Shown: positions 24,434 through 36,605 of the stretch, piece after piece
Layout of the letters: each line of letters opens with the position of its first letter
Position numbering within the stretch: the stretch's first letter is position 1
Assembly: GCA_030390025.1 (NCBI GenBank)
Contig: CM059433.1
Coordinates: forward strand, 10,914,001-10,978,000
DNA from: Squalus acanthias
Lineage: Eukaryota
Direction: 5' to 3'
DNA length: 64,000 nucleotides
Translations under genes and position numbers: made by a program
Notes under the pieces: model-generated
The model's input: only the letters and a program-made list of their open reading frames with translations
Database searches by the model: none
What the model was told of the DNA's origin: nothing

Positions 24434-24582
24434 AATGATAAGGGAGTCGAGGGTTATGGGGAGCGGGCAGGGAAGTGGAGTTGAGGCCAAGATCAGATCA
24501 GCCATGATCTTATTGAATGGCGGAGCAGGCCCGAGGGGCCAAATGACCTACTCCTGCTCCTACGTCTTATGTTCTTATGTAA
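24434..24582 (+). mobile_element. CR1 3' tail fragment
   Basis: GATCAGCCATGATC...GAATGGCGGAGCAGG...CCTACTCCTGCTCCT followed by (TTCTTATG)n. Confidence 0.85.
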
Positions 24583-24942
24583 CAAGGGTTTATAGGCAAT
24601 TGGCCTGGAGTCCATCATAGCTGAGCCTGATCCTATCCTCACTTGACGTCACGGACATATACTTTTCAACTGGGGGCCACTGCACAGTGATTAGAATCAG
24701 AAATCATAGCTGTTCTTTCCTCCTAATTCAGACCCATCACTGCTCTGGCTGCCAACTGCTAATGGACAGACAATCAAACCTAGGATCTTCTGGTCAAAAT
24801 GTCTCACCACCATGTTTTCAGCCAACGAGCCATCAGGGAAGCCAACCATCAAGTTTTATAATAACTTGAACATGCTTAATTTGTGACACTCAGCTGTGAA
24901 GTAGTTGATGTAAACAGAGAAAATAGCAGAGCGTACACCTCG

Positions 24943-26575
24943 AGGCCGATTTTATCAACGTTGTAGGGGGTGGTGGTTTGTGTCAGCTTCACCTCTGACT
25001 TCTGAGCGGTTCGAATTGCTCCCATCCCTTGGTTCTAGACTGTGGACTTATTTGGGGGTTGTGATAAAAAGTGCAGCAGACAACTGAGTTTGATGCAAGA
25101 ACTTTGATCTTTATTCAAGAAAGTAAAACACAACACAAACACTCTTAACACTCTAAAAGTGGGGAACACTTCAGTACAAGCGAGGGAAATAACATTAGGA
25201 GAATACTTCACCCCTCCCAATCCCACTTCACGAGCTAGGTTGGACTCCAGAGGACCAGGGATGATACTCACCAGAATCCTTGACAGTTGGGCTGGTTCAC
25301 GGTTTTTGGGTTCACTCTATATGTCGGTTGGTGTCTGCCGTACCCCATATGCGGTAGAGGACTTCAACTGCGTATCTGGTCAGTCTTCGCGAGTCCGCTG
25401 ATGCGGTAGGGTGCGTATTGGATTTATCAGGTGAGTACCCACTTTTCTTTGGTTTAGAAGTAGGGTTTAGAGTTTTTTAAGGGAAAATCTTACCCAGGGG
25501 TAAGTCAGGAGTAGATTGTAGAGTGGAAACTTTGCGGATCTTCGGGTTTTCTTCGAGTTGGTTTTCTTTGGTCGCGGTGGCCCAAATATTGATACTTGGT
25601 GTTTGGTTGGTTGTTTCATGAGGGCCTTGTTGCCACGAGGTGTCCGGTGGTCACTGAGGTGGTCGTTCTGGTTTCTTCTCGTGTCAGCCTACTTTGTTGG
25701 ATGGTCTGGCCTTCGAGCTGTCGACCTCCTGGCTGGACACGGAACGCTGAACGGTGGTGTTGCAGAACTGTGTTGCGGAGAATGCCTCCGTAGATGTCTT
25801 CTTATTCTTCCTTCCTCTTCTTCCTTTTCAGGTTGAGAACGGGCCTTCAATTATACCCATTGAAGCTCCCTTATCTGCGCGCCAAATCAGGTCTCGGTCT
25901 TTGTTAGTTTTGGCGGGCTCGTTAACTGGTTTGTTAAGGTGTGAAGTGGTTCCGGGATGGCCCCCATCCTGTCGATTTGCCACTTAATTGGAGTTTGATT
26001 GTTCTTATGTTTTGGGTTTTCTTGGCTGGGCCTATGATTTCTCTGGAGTAGGCCGAAGTAATCTGCTTTATGCATGTCTTAATGGGCTCTGTAACTTGGG
26101 GTGGAGACTGTTTTTCCTCGGGTTTATTGTTAGGATGCCAATGTCTGATAGGGGCTGATTTAAACTCCCAGCGAGATCATGCGGTCCCCCAGACAGTTTC
26201 CATTAGCTCCAATACCCAAACTGCTTTTACAGAGGTTGACCCCACCTCCCTTCACAGCCTTTTCTCCCTTACAAGTCCAGACATGTTTTAAAATACCAAA
26301 ATCTCGGTTTTTGCTCCAAAATGTCCTTCAGTTAGGCCCAATGCACTTCACCACCCTGTAATAGCTAGAAAAGAGTCCAAAGTCTTTTTCCTTAGGGGTT
26401 TTCTTAGAGTTAGGGGGATCTGTGAATTTTGAGAATCTTACAATGTGTACTGCTGGTGGGGAGCTTTGTCTGCCCACCTGGCATAGCAGGAAATTCTCGG
26501 TGAACTGTTTACAATTTTCTGTCCGTCACTTTTAATGATACCCCACCAGCAGCACACATTTGTAAAATTGGGCCT
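24943..26575. mobile_element. About 150-bp MITE whose left TIR is split by a solo LTR
   Basis: Removing 24962-26446 restores AGGCCGATTTTATCAACGTGTACTGCTGGTGGGG, the inverse of CCCCACCAGCAGCACACATTTGTAAAATTGGGCCT. Confidence 0.8.
24962..26442 (-). mobile_element. Solo LTR, 1481 bp
   Basis: TGTA...TACA termini; 4-bp TSD ACGT/ATGT; minus-strand AATAAA at 25110-25115; no long ORF. Confidence 0.8.
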
Positions 26576-27589
26576 TTTTTTACCTTCGATCCTTTTTTAC
26601 CTTCTCTGCTTCTCCCCCAGCTACTGCTGTTGTCATTTCCAGGCTCGTGTGTTGCTCATATGTACACAGTGTTAGAAGAAACCACTGCTTAGGGTTAGAA
26701 AGGCACAGCCGAGCTAAGTGAGGCAGTATTGTTTAAAGGCACCACCTTCATTTCAACGCCCTCAATAGAACGATAAAACCCTTATTTGAGGGTTGGAAAA
26801 TAGTGAGTGGCGGTCCTCCAAATGTTTTGCCCTTGAAGTACTGGTTTAATTGGTTGTTGACAAGTCTGAGAGTAACTATTACACCAGTTATTAACATACA
26901 GTACAAAATGTGAAAACCTGAGAGGTCTGCCCAATATACCAGTGCTTTACCACCCAAAACTATTTTGCCTCTGGCACTGAATCCATCCAACCACTACTGC
27001 ACAGAGAAAATCTTGGCCTGAGTATTCTGGCAGTCTTTAATTAACAAAGATAATGGCTTAGTTTACAACAAAGATAAACACAGTTAAGGCAACAGTTAAA
27101 TCTGACGTTGCCTCTTATTTACTTCAAGGCAGCTTTCATTCTGTGCGAGGCTCGTTGAAAGGCATAAATTCAAATCCAGAGATTAGATTACAGTCTATGG
27201 CAACAGTTCACAAAGGAAACTAAGCATCATCAGACACAAGCACCACCAACTAGTCATGACTCAACAAGCAGGCAGTTATATATTCTATCTATGGAAACCA
27301 GACGGATGGTGTTGATGACTCCGTCCCCACTTGACAATCTGGATGAATCGACAAACATAGTGTACATGAAGGGGTTCAAAAAATAAATCGGTGAGTCTGA
27401 TTCATGCAACTCACAAGTTTGAAGAGAGTTATGTAGGTCTCATTCACGTGGTTGTTTATTATTAGTAAACCTAGATTCCCATTATATGTCTTGATTATGC
27501 GGTATTCAACTAAGTGTTTAGAAGTTTTAAACGATAAGCCTGATTGTGAGAAAGTTTCGTGCACAGTATCCAGAGAGATGGGCCAGCGG

Positions 27590-27955
27590 TAAAGTCTCTG
27601 CCGTCGATCCTTACAGACCAGGATGGTCCCAGGTTTGATCTTCATGCTGTGCTGAGTCAACAATGGCAACAATTTGGTCGCAGTGCTCTGGTTTAGGGAA
27701 TGAAGAATCGACCAGGCTGCTTCCTCCCAATCGCTATCCGATGACCGCCCTGATGGAAGAGTGGATGTCAGATCAGGCTCAGTTATGACGCCCTTCATGG
27801 AAAATAGTGCAGACGGACTCATTGTCCAAGTTGACACATGAAGATGGCCACTTGGGCAAGGTACTGATGAAGGGGGATCAACAGCCACGTAACTGTATTC
27901 CACTGAGAATATCATTGCTTTCAGGACAGGAGGGGAGAAAATTGAAAAGAAAAAG
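27590..27955 (+). mobile_element. Old degenerate SINE-like repeat, family unassigned
   Basis: Shared blocks (ATCGCTATCC.RTGACC, GATGGCCACTTGGG..AGGTAC, GGAGAAAA) recur at ~24580-24850(-), 30915-31030, 39480-39570(-), 40490-40720, 47265-47480(-), 60890-61010. Confidence 0.55.
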
Positions 27956-28027
27956 GAACTTAATATGGTTTTGATGCCGGGTGAAGCACCCTTCCAGTTC
28001 ATTATCCTCAGACTTGTAAGAGCTGGC

Positions 28028-29301
28028 TCAATGGGAGGTGGGTCAGTGGGACGGGGTCAGTGGGACGGGGTCAGTGGGAGGTGGGAGGTGGGTCAGTGGG
28101 ACGGGGTCAGTGGGAGGTGGGTCAGTGGGAGGTGGGTCAGTGGGAGGTGGGTCAGTGGGACGGGGTCAGTGGGACGGGGTCAGTGGGAGGTGGGTCAGTG
28201 GGAGGTGGGTCAGTGGGAGGTGGGTCAGTGGGAGGTGGGTCAGTGGGAGGTGGGTCAGTGGGAGGTGGGTCAGTGGGACGGGGTCAGGGGGATGGGATCA
28301 GTGGGAGGTGGGTCAGTGGGTCAGTGGGAGGTGGGTCAGTGGGAGGTGGGTCAGTGGGACGGGGTCAGTGGGACGGGATCAATGGGAGGTGGGTCAGTGG
28401 GTCAGTGGGAGGTGGGTCAGTGGGAGGTGGGAGGTGGGTCAGTGGGAGGTGGGTCAGTGAGTCAATGGGAGGTGGGTCAGTTGGAGGTGGGTCAGTGGGA
28501 GGTGAGTCAGTGGGAGGTGGGTCAGTGGGTCAGTGGGAGGTGGGTCAGTGGGAGGTGGGTCAATGGGAGGTGGGTCAATGGGAGGTAGGTCCGTGGGTCA
28601 GTGGGAGGTGGGTCAGTGGGAGGTGGGTCAGTGGGAGGTGGGTCAGTGGGACGGGGTCAGTGGGACGGGGTCAGTGGGACGGGGTCAGTGGGAGGTGGGT
28701 CAGTGGGAGGTGGGTCAGTGGGAGGTGGGTCAGTGAGTCAATGGGAGGTGGGTCAGTGGGAGGTGGGTCAGTGGGAGGTGGGTCAGCGGGAGGTGGGTCA
28801 GTGGGTCAGTGGGAGGTGGGTCAGTGGGAGGTGGGTCAGTGGGAGGTGGGTCAATGGGAGGTGGGTCAATGGGAGGTAGGTCAGTGGGTCAGTGGGAGGT
28901 GGGTCAGTGGGAGGTGGGTTAATGGGAGGTGGGTCAGGGGGAGGTGGGTCAATGGGATATGGGTCAGTGGGAGGTGGGTCAGTGGGTCAGTGTGAGGTGG
29001 GTCAGTGGGAGGTGGGTCAGTGGGAGGTGGGTCAGTGGGAGGTGGGTCAATGGGATATGGGTCAGTGGGAGGTGGGTCAGTGGGTCAGTGGGAGGTGGGT
29101 CAGTGGGAGGTGGGTCAGTGGGAGGTGGGTCAGTGGGACGGGGTCAGTCGGAGGTGGGTCAGTGGGAGGTGGGTCAGTGAGAGGTGGTTAATGGGAGGTG
29201 GGTCAATGGGAGGTGGGTCAGTGGGAGGTGGGTCAGTGGGACGGGGTCAGTGGGAGGTGGGAGGTGGGTGGGTCAGTGGGAGGTGGGTCAGTGGGAGGTG
29301 G
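28028..29301 (+). repeat. G-rich tandem repeat, main unit TGGGTCAGTGGGAGG (15 bp)
   Basis: Directly visible; built from GGGTCAGT and GGGAGGT modules, with a GGGAC variant. Confidence 0.97.
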
Positions 29302-30269
29302 CTAGGAAAGTAGAGCTACAAAATGGGAAAAATCTTTAGAAAACAAAAGGTGAAGCGATAAAATAAAGAAAAAGAAATGCAGTGAGACAAAGATCAAGGG
29401 AAAGGTATAGGCCAGTGACAGTGAGAGAAAGCCAAGGGGGGAAGAGGAAGAGCACCTACAAAGAAGAAGTAGGTTAAGAACAGAAATGGAGAGAGAAAAG
29501 CATGAAAGAGAAGGTTGCATATTTGATGCAAAAGTGTTGGCTGTGATAGTTAAGACCAACTGGCAGAAAGTAAATGGAAAGTTAATTGTGCCAAATAAAC
29601 CTCAGTGCATACGCCAGTTTTTTCAATGATATTACAATAAAGGACTAATTCTATGACCACACTGTGGTATAAGATTTTTTCAATCACAACTCCTCTACCT
29701 ACAATTCATGCATAACACTGCAACTACCTGTAAAGGAGACCCCAACCATCCAGACTGCAGGATTTGTGCGATGGTGTGTACATCTCTCAGAATGCAAACT
29801 CATTATATCTTGTAAGAGAATATAATCAAGAAAGAGAAGGTTGTTCGCCCCTTCTGTTGTGTATCATGTTGTCCTACAGCTGGCCACTAGAATGTATGTG
29901 AGAGTGCCCCAGGCTGGCTGTGTCTTCCTGTGAGGAAGCATTCAACATCTGCTGTGATAAGATGTCTGCAACCAGAAACTTGTGGGAAATCAGAGCTGCA
30001 AATCCCTGTTTAGTCATTCTACTGCAGCAGGTTGGAGTTCCATGTGTTTCTGACACCCTTACAAAAGGGGGTTCAGGTTGCAGGCAGCCAGTTAGTGCAC
30101 CATTCCGAGTGAACGCCTTGGGATGTTTTGCTACATTAAAGGCGCTATATAAATGCAATTTGTTGTTGTTGCTATTGAGCGCATTCTTTAAGTTGTGGCA
30201 TTTCATAATCTAAGCCAGAATTAGATTCCTGAAATTGCAGCTCACAAATCAAAATAATAGTAATTCTTA

Positions 30270-30462
30270 CCTGTGGATGCTAGGTCAATAGGAGCTTTCA
30301 AGACTGTGATCGATAGATTTTTGTTAGGTAAGGAGTATCGAGGGATATGGAGCAAAGGTGAAAAAATGGAGTTGAGGTGCAGATCAGCCATGATCTAATT
30401 GAATGGGAGAGCAGGCCCGAGGGGCTGAGTGGCCTACCCTTGTTCCTAATGTTCTGATGTTA
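30270..30462 (+). mobile_element. CR1 3' tail fragment
   Basis: FKTVIDRFLLGK...GYG, then GATCAGCCATGATC 3' UTR. Confidence 0.8.
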
Positions 30463-30499
30463 CCCATGCACTCAGAATAGATGCAACTTTGCCCGCCTA

Positions 30500-30915
30500 A
30501 AGAAAGAAAGACTTGCATTTATATAGCGCCTTTCACGACCACCGGACGTCTCAAAGCACTTTACACCCAATGAAGTACTTTTTGGAGTGTAGTCACTGTT
30601 GTGATGTAGGAAACGCAGCAGCCAATTTGCGCACAGCAAGCTCCCAGAAACAGCAATGTGCTAATGACCGGATAATCTGTTTTTGTTACATGGGTTGAGG
30701 GATAAATATTGGCCCCAGGACACCAGGGATAACTCCCCCTGCTCTTTTTTGAAATAGTGCCATGGGATCTTTTACGTCCATCTGAGAGGGCAGACGGGGC
30801 CTCGGTTTAACGTCTCATCCGAAAGACGGCACCTCCAACGGTGCAGCACTCCCTCAGCACTGCACTGGGAGTGTCAGCCTAGCTTTATGTGCTCAAGTCC
30901 CTGGGGTGGGAGTGA
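30500..30915 (-). mobile_element. Deu-domain SINE, head truncated
   Basis: Collinear with other copies. Confidence 0.88.
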
Positions 30916-32372
30916 GCCTACACGCTTTGTCAAGGCTCACACATGAATAATGGCCCCTTGGGTGCGGTACATACCCGTGGAACTGTACCTTAGCGAGGAG
31001 CCGATGCCTTCAGGAATTGACAAGGAGAAAAAACTAAATTTAAAAAGTATAGGTGCAACTGCCTTACTATGGCATTTCTCATGTTAAGGGATGTGGGTGA
31101 GAAGAGTCAACATTTTAACTTTAGGATCATATGTTTCTTGAGGACCAATTGATGTTTCTAAATAAAAACCATTGTGAACTATTTTGTCACAAATGAACTG
31201 TATCTCCTCCCCATGTTGCTATTTTCAGAGATTCTTCCTCTCTTCCCGCCAATCATTTGCATGAACTAGCTCACAATTGTTCCAAACCACCTGCAATAGG
31301 CAATCAACTGAAGGAACGTTTTCCACCCAAATGGCTTGAAGGCACAAAACTTCCCTGATGGAGGCTGAATGATAAGAGGAGGAAAAGGAGGCGTGATTAC
31401 CTCAGAGGTAGGGTGTATTGCCCCAGGATAACATTCTTGAGTCAGCGCACACCATCCAGATAAGCAGTTGATAGCTTACCTGAACAAAGGCCTCTGAGTT
31501 CGTCTGGCAATTCCCACAGCAGAAGTGTTACCTGTGCTAATCAAGCTGTGCTGTTTTTCCAGCGCCTTCAATGGTACCCTTGTGTGTACCAATAGCTGAC
31601 GTATCTGGCAAGTGTCTGTGTCTTGTCTGTCTGCAACTGCCAGTTAAATGACGCTTTGCACTGGTCAGGGGCATAATCAGTTTCCCACAAACAGAATTCT
31701 TCATTAAGTAGAATCCCAAATACCTGCAAACAGAAAAGTTCAGAACACTTTTAGATTGAGACAAAAAAGGAACAGTATTTGCTCAATATAAACGAGCTGC
31801 CACTTACTGCTGGACAGCTGGTAATGTGTTTTCACGCATCCTGCCACTTTGTACCTATTATTGTCTCCCTTCCCTGTGAGTTTCTGCCCTCCCGGCCAGC
31901 CAGTATTGCTACCATAGTTTTGTCCGCAGTTTATTGCCCCTTATAATGTATTAGACTGAAAAATCATGCTCGTCATTTGTACAACTTAAAATGATGAGTT
32001 TGAGGCCAAACTGTTTCTGTATCAGGAGCAGTGCACAGTGCTAGAGAATATACAGACTCAGAATTATAGGTTAGAACTTCTAAAATTCTGCAGGAATACT
32101 GATAGTATAATCACCTAGATATGTAGTCAAGAACTGACTTTGGTGGAGAGGTCCATGCAAGTCTGCAGAGCTCCATGCCTAAGAGCTGCCTTACCTTTGG
32201 CATCGAAGTTAATTGCTTTTCTCGTATTCCTCAGAGAACAGCGGTGCAGCGTGTCTGACAGGAGGCAGCAACCATGCTCAAAGATGTGTAGACTACCCAC
32301 AAGATGATACATCTTCAGGAAGCTGCCAAGGCAAGAGTACCTAAATGTACCACTTACCAAGTAGCACAACAA

Positions 32373-32745
32373 GTACAAAAGCAAAGTACTGCGGATGCTG
32401 GAAATCTGAAATAAAAACAGAAAATGCTGGAAACACTCAGCAGGTCAGGCAGCATCTGTGGAGAGAGAAACAGAGTTAACGTTTCAGGCCGATGACCCTT
32501 CGTCAGAACTGGAAAAAGTTGGAGGTGGAACAGGTTTTTAAGCAAGTGTAGGGGCAGGGAGAGGGGGGAGGGGAGGAAAGAACAAAAGGGAAGGTCTGTG
32601 ATAGGCTGGAAGGCAGGAGAGATTAAGAGACAAAAGGGATAATGGTGCAAGGCAAAAGGAGATGGTAATGGGACAAGTTGAGAAACAAAAGATGACTCTA
32701 GATGAAGTGCAAATGGCGATGGCAGAATTTTCAACAGCTGGTTGC
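32373..32745 (-). mobile_element. Penelope 3' repeat with hammerhead motif (32474-32510)
   Basis: Reverse complement AGTTCTGACGAAGGGTCATCGGCCTGAAACGTTAACT; homologous to 5330-5577. Confidence 0.87.
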
Positions 32746-32847
32746 CTGTTAACCTTTTCCATACTTACTATTGGCCTATGTCACTCCCTCAAACAACTTC
32801 ACAGCTCTTCTATTGTTGATTATACCGACTCATACTCCAGCAGGGAT

Positions 32848-33243
32848 TGAGCACGTAATCCAGGCTGACACCACAGTGCAGTACTGAGGGGGTGCCGCAC
32901 TGTCAGAGGTGTCGTCTTTCAGATGAGACGTTAAACCGAGGTCTCATCTGTCTTCTCGGCTGCACGCAAAAGATCCAACGACACTATCGGAAGAAGAGCA
33001 GGGGAGTTCTCCCTGGTATCCTGGCCAATATTTATTCCTGTATCAACATTACGAAAAATAGATTATCTGGCCATGCACCTTATTGCTTTTTTGTGGGATC
33101 TTGCTGTGCGCAAATTGGCAGCCGCATTTCCCCACATTATAGCAGTGACTACACTTCAAAAAGGTACTTTGTGGGCTGTAAAGCACTTTGGGCAATCCTG
33201 AGTTTGTGAAAGGCGCTACATAAATGCAAGTCCTTTTCTTTTC
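32848..33243 (+). mobile_element. Deu-domain SINE, head truncated
   Basis: GATGAGACGTTAAACCGAGG core; AAAGGCGCTACATAAATGCAAG tail. Confidence 0.85.
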
Positions 33244-33710
33244 CTTCAGGGAATCCCAGTGGAAAGGAAAATTGGGCGGGGTACATAAAAGGTGGACAGA
33301 TCCGCATCACCGTGCTTACAGCCTGTTGGTGAAAGTTAAAATCTACCCCCAATATCTTGGAAGGGAAACTCTGTATGGAATTGTGTCAGGGAGCCAGCAT
33401 TTTAACATTTCTGTCATGGTAGGCCTGGAGAGCAGTCCATCCACTAACAATGCCAGTGGGTCAGAACAAGGAAGCACCTCACAACACCCTGTGTCTCTCT
33501 CCCCAAAGCTTGCAAGCACCCGCGCAGCTGCATACAGCACGGAGGATGCAGTTAGTGAATTGGAAGAGGTAGCCACCGGCTGCGTCACAGTGCAAGGTAA
33601 GGAGGAACTAAGGATGGTGTTGGAGGTAAAAAAAGAGAAGCAGGAACCTGTTGGCCGAATGGCCTCATGGATGCCTCCCTGTAATTTTTGGGCAGCCAAT
33701 TCATGCTCCT

Positions 33711-34345
33711 GAGCAAGGATGTCTTACTACAGTGGAGCAAGGATGTCTTACTACAGTTGTACAGGGTCTTGGTGAGACCACACCTGGAGTACTGTGTACA
33801 GTTTTGGTCTCCTTTCCGAAGAAAGGATATACTTGCCATAGAGGGAGTGCAGCGAAGGTTCACCAGACTGATTCCTGGGATGGCAGGACTGTCGTATGAG
33901 GAGAGATTGGGTCGACTAGGCCTGTATTCACTAGAGTTTAGAAGAATGAGAGGGGATCTCATTGAAACGTATAAAATTCTGACAGGACTAGACAGACTGG
34001 ATGCAGGGAGGATGTTTCCCCTGGCTGGGGGGTCTAGAACGAGGGGTCACAGTCTCAGGATACGGGGTAGGACATTTAGGACTGAGATGAGGAGAATTTC
34101 TTCACTCAGAGGGTGGTGAACCTGTGGAATTCTCTACCACAGAAGGCTGTGGAGGCCAAGTCTCTGAATATATTTAAGAAGGAGATAGATAGATTTCTAG
34201 ACACAAAAGGCATCAAGGGGTATGGGGAGAGAGCGGGAATATGGTATTGAGATAGAGGATCAGCCATGATCATATTGAATGGCGGAGCAGACTCGAAGGG
34301 CCGAATGGCCTACTCCTGCTCCTATTTTTCTATGTTTCTATGTTG
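33711..34345 (+). mobile_element. CR1 3' fragment with 24-bp duplication at the 5' junction
   Basis: ORF 33688..34119 SKDVLLQW-SKDVLLQLYRVLVRPHLEYC; (TTTCTATG)n tail. Confidence 0.93.
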
Positions 34346-34403
34346 CTAGTCGGTAGAAAAGGGAAATTAAAATACTGGCGATGCTTGCCAGTACATCACT
34401 CAC

Positions 34404-34876
34404 CTGTCGGCTGTGACTCAGTGGATAGCACACTTGCCTCTGAGTCAAAAGGTTGTGGGTTCACAGTCCCACTCCAGGGACTTGAGCACATAAAGCTAGG
34501 CTGACACTCCAGTGCACTGCTGAGGGAGCGCTGCACTGTCGGAGGTGCCGTCTCTCGGATGAGACGTTAAACCGAGGCCCCCGTCTGCTCTCTCAGGTGG
34601 ATGTAAAAGATCCCACGGGCACTATTTCGAAGAAGAGCAGGGGAGTTATCCCCAGTGTCCTGGCCAATATTTATCCCTCAACCAACATAACAAATACAGA
34701 TTATCTGGTCATTATCACATTGCTGTTTGTGGGAGCTTGCTGCGTGCAAATTTGCTGCTGCATTTCCCACATTACAACAGTGACTACACTTCAGAAGTAC
34801 TTAATTGGCTGTAAAGCACTTTGAGACGTCCGGTGGTCGTGAAAGGCGCTATATAAATGCAAGTCTTCCTTTCTTT
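34404..34876 (+). mobile_element. Full-length Deu-domain SINE (SacSINE1-like)
   Basis: tRNA-like head TGACTCAGTGG...GGTTCACAGTCCC, central conserved block, L2-type tail. Confidence 0.9.
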
Positions 34877-35863
34877 CGGTGCATGGGCGAGCAGTACTTT
34901 AGGTGATACTGCAGATGATCCCTATGCTAGCCGTGAAGAAGGTGGAGGTAGAAAGCTTGAGGGAGCTGGTGACCTGGCCTGCCACTGGCAGTGTCATCCT
35001 TAGGATGGAGGCTGGCTGTAGGCGTCCTTGCAGCAGATGCCACAGCTCTGCAACTGGCTTCCTGCTGACCTGAAGCCAGTGTAGGCCTTTCTCCTTGGTC
35101 ATTGCCAAGTATGTGTGCCATGGTCCAATGACGACTGCTGTTTCTGATGCCTGCTGGTCTCCCTCGCATGTCTTCTTTCATTTTTTTCCACCTTAACCAT
35201 GAAACATCTGTTTGGGGTGTTGGTAAAAGCAGCCTCATTATTAATGTTAACTAGAATTGCCGACCGCTATAGGACTCTGTATTTTGAAGTCAGCTGCCTT
35301 GTCAGTCTCTCAACTTCCATGAGTGTTTGTATTGTAAAAATCCTTTTACACATCCCCTTCCTCTGCTGAAGTCTTGTAAATACTTCAACTGCAATCAGCT
35401 TTCCAGTAAATGTGTGGACACAATCTGTTCTGACCAAAAATAAATCCCCCAAAAATAAATTTTAAAATATACAAAAAACACACCAAAAATTAATAATATA
35501 AAAATAGCACTAAAAAGATACTGGAAAAATAAAAATTCAAAAAATCCTCTGCCCCTTGCACAGATCCACTCCAAATTGATGACAGAAAGGATAGCACAAT
35601 CCTAAACCTACAGAGAATCGCATTGTGCTTCATCTGAATATATTTGAAAGCATTATAATATTGAAATAAAGATCTTGTCCAATTAAGCTGAGTATTGAGT
35701 AGAGCACCCCAATTCCTAGTGTTTATGGTTCAGTACTGTATCAGGCCATACATTTTGCCATTGCATCATCAAGGAAGATAATTTTTTCTTCTGTGGTCAA
35801 TATTATTCTGGTGTCCTGAGGCCACAGCTTTCATTTATTTATTTCCCTGATATACATTTTTCC

Positions 35864-36130
35864 TTAATAACAACAGAAAACGCTGGAAAAACTCAGCAGG
35901 CCAGGCAGCATCCATGGAGTGAGAAACAGAGTTAACGTTTTAGGTCGAAGACCCTTCGTCAGAACTGGAAAAAAAGCAGGAAATGAAATAGATTTTAAAG
36001 CAAGTTTAGGGCTGGGAAAAGGGGGAGGGGATGAAAGAACAAAAGGGAAGGTCAGTGATAGGATAGAAAGCAGGAGAGATTGAGAGACATTGAGAGACAT
36101 TAAGAGATATTCAAGGCAAGAGGAGGTGGA
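35864..36130 (-). mobile_element. Penelope 3' repeat; hammerhead motif with GAAA box mutated to AAAA (35930-35966)
   Basis: Closely matches 5390-5577 plus 9658-9704. Confidence 0.87.
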
Positions 36131-36197
36131 AATTTTCCTTCCCTTGCCTAAACAGGTTGGCATCTGGAACTGCTTAGCACCTCCTTACACCTTGTAG

Positions 36198-36605
36198 TGT
36201 CAGCTGTGGCTCAGTGGGTAGCACACTCACCTCTGAGTCAGAAGGTTGTGGGTTCACAGTCCCCACTCCAGGGACCTGAGCACATAAAGCTAACCTGACA
36301 CTCCCAGTGCAGTGCTGAGGGAGTGTTGCACTGCCGACTTTCAGATGAGACGTTAAACCGAGGACCCGTCTGCTCTCTCGGGTGGACGTAAAAGATCCCA
36401 TGGCACTATTTTGAAGAAGAGCAGGGGAGTTATCCCTGGTGTCCTGGGGCCAATATTTATCCCTCAACCAACATAACAAAAACAGATTATCTGGTCATTA
36501 TCACATTGCTGTTTGTGGGAGTTGGCTGTATTTTCCACATTACAACAGTGACTCGACTTCATTGTCTGGTGGTCGTGAAAGGCGTTATATAAATTTTTTT
36601 CTTTC
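36198..36605 (+). mobile_element. Deu-domain SINE with internal deletions
   Basis: Head GTCAGCTGTGGCTCAGTGGGTAGCAC; same core and tail. Confidence 0.88.

Noticed and set aside
27376..28002. 208-aa minus-strand ORF
   Set aside because: No recognisable domain; overlaps a decayed SINE-like repeat in antisense
27965..29313. Long Gly/Trp/Val-rich ORFs (WEVGQ, GGGSV, GRWVS)
   Set aside because: Stop-free satellite open in several frames; translation artefact
34404..34480. tRNA gene (also 36198, 41180, 43790, 48445)
   Set aside because: tRNA-derived SINE heads attached to SINE bodies, not standalone cloverleafs
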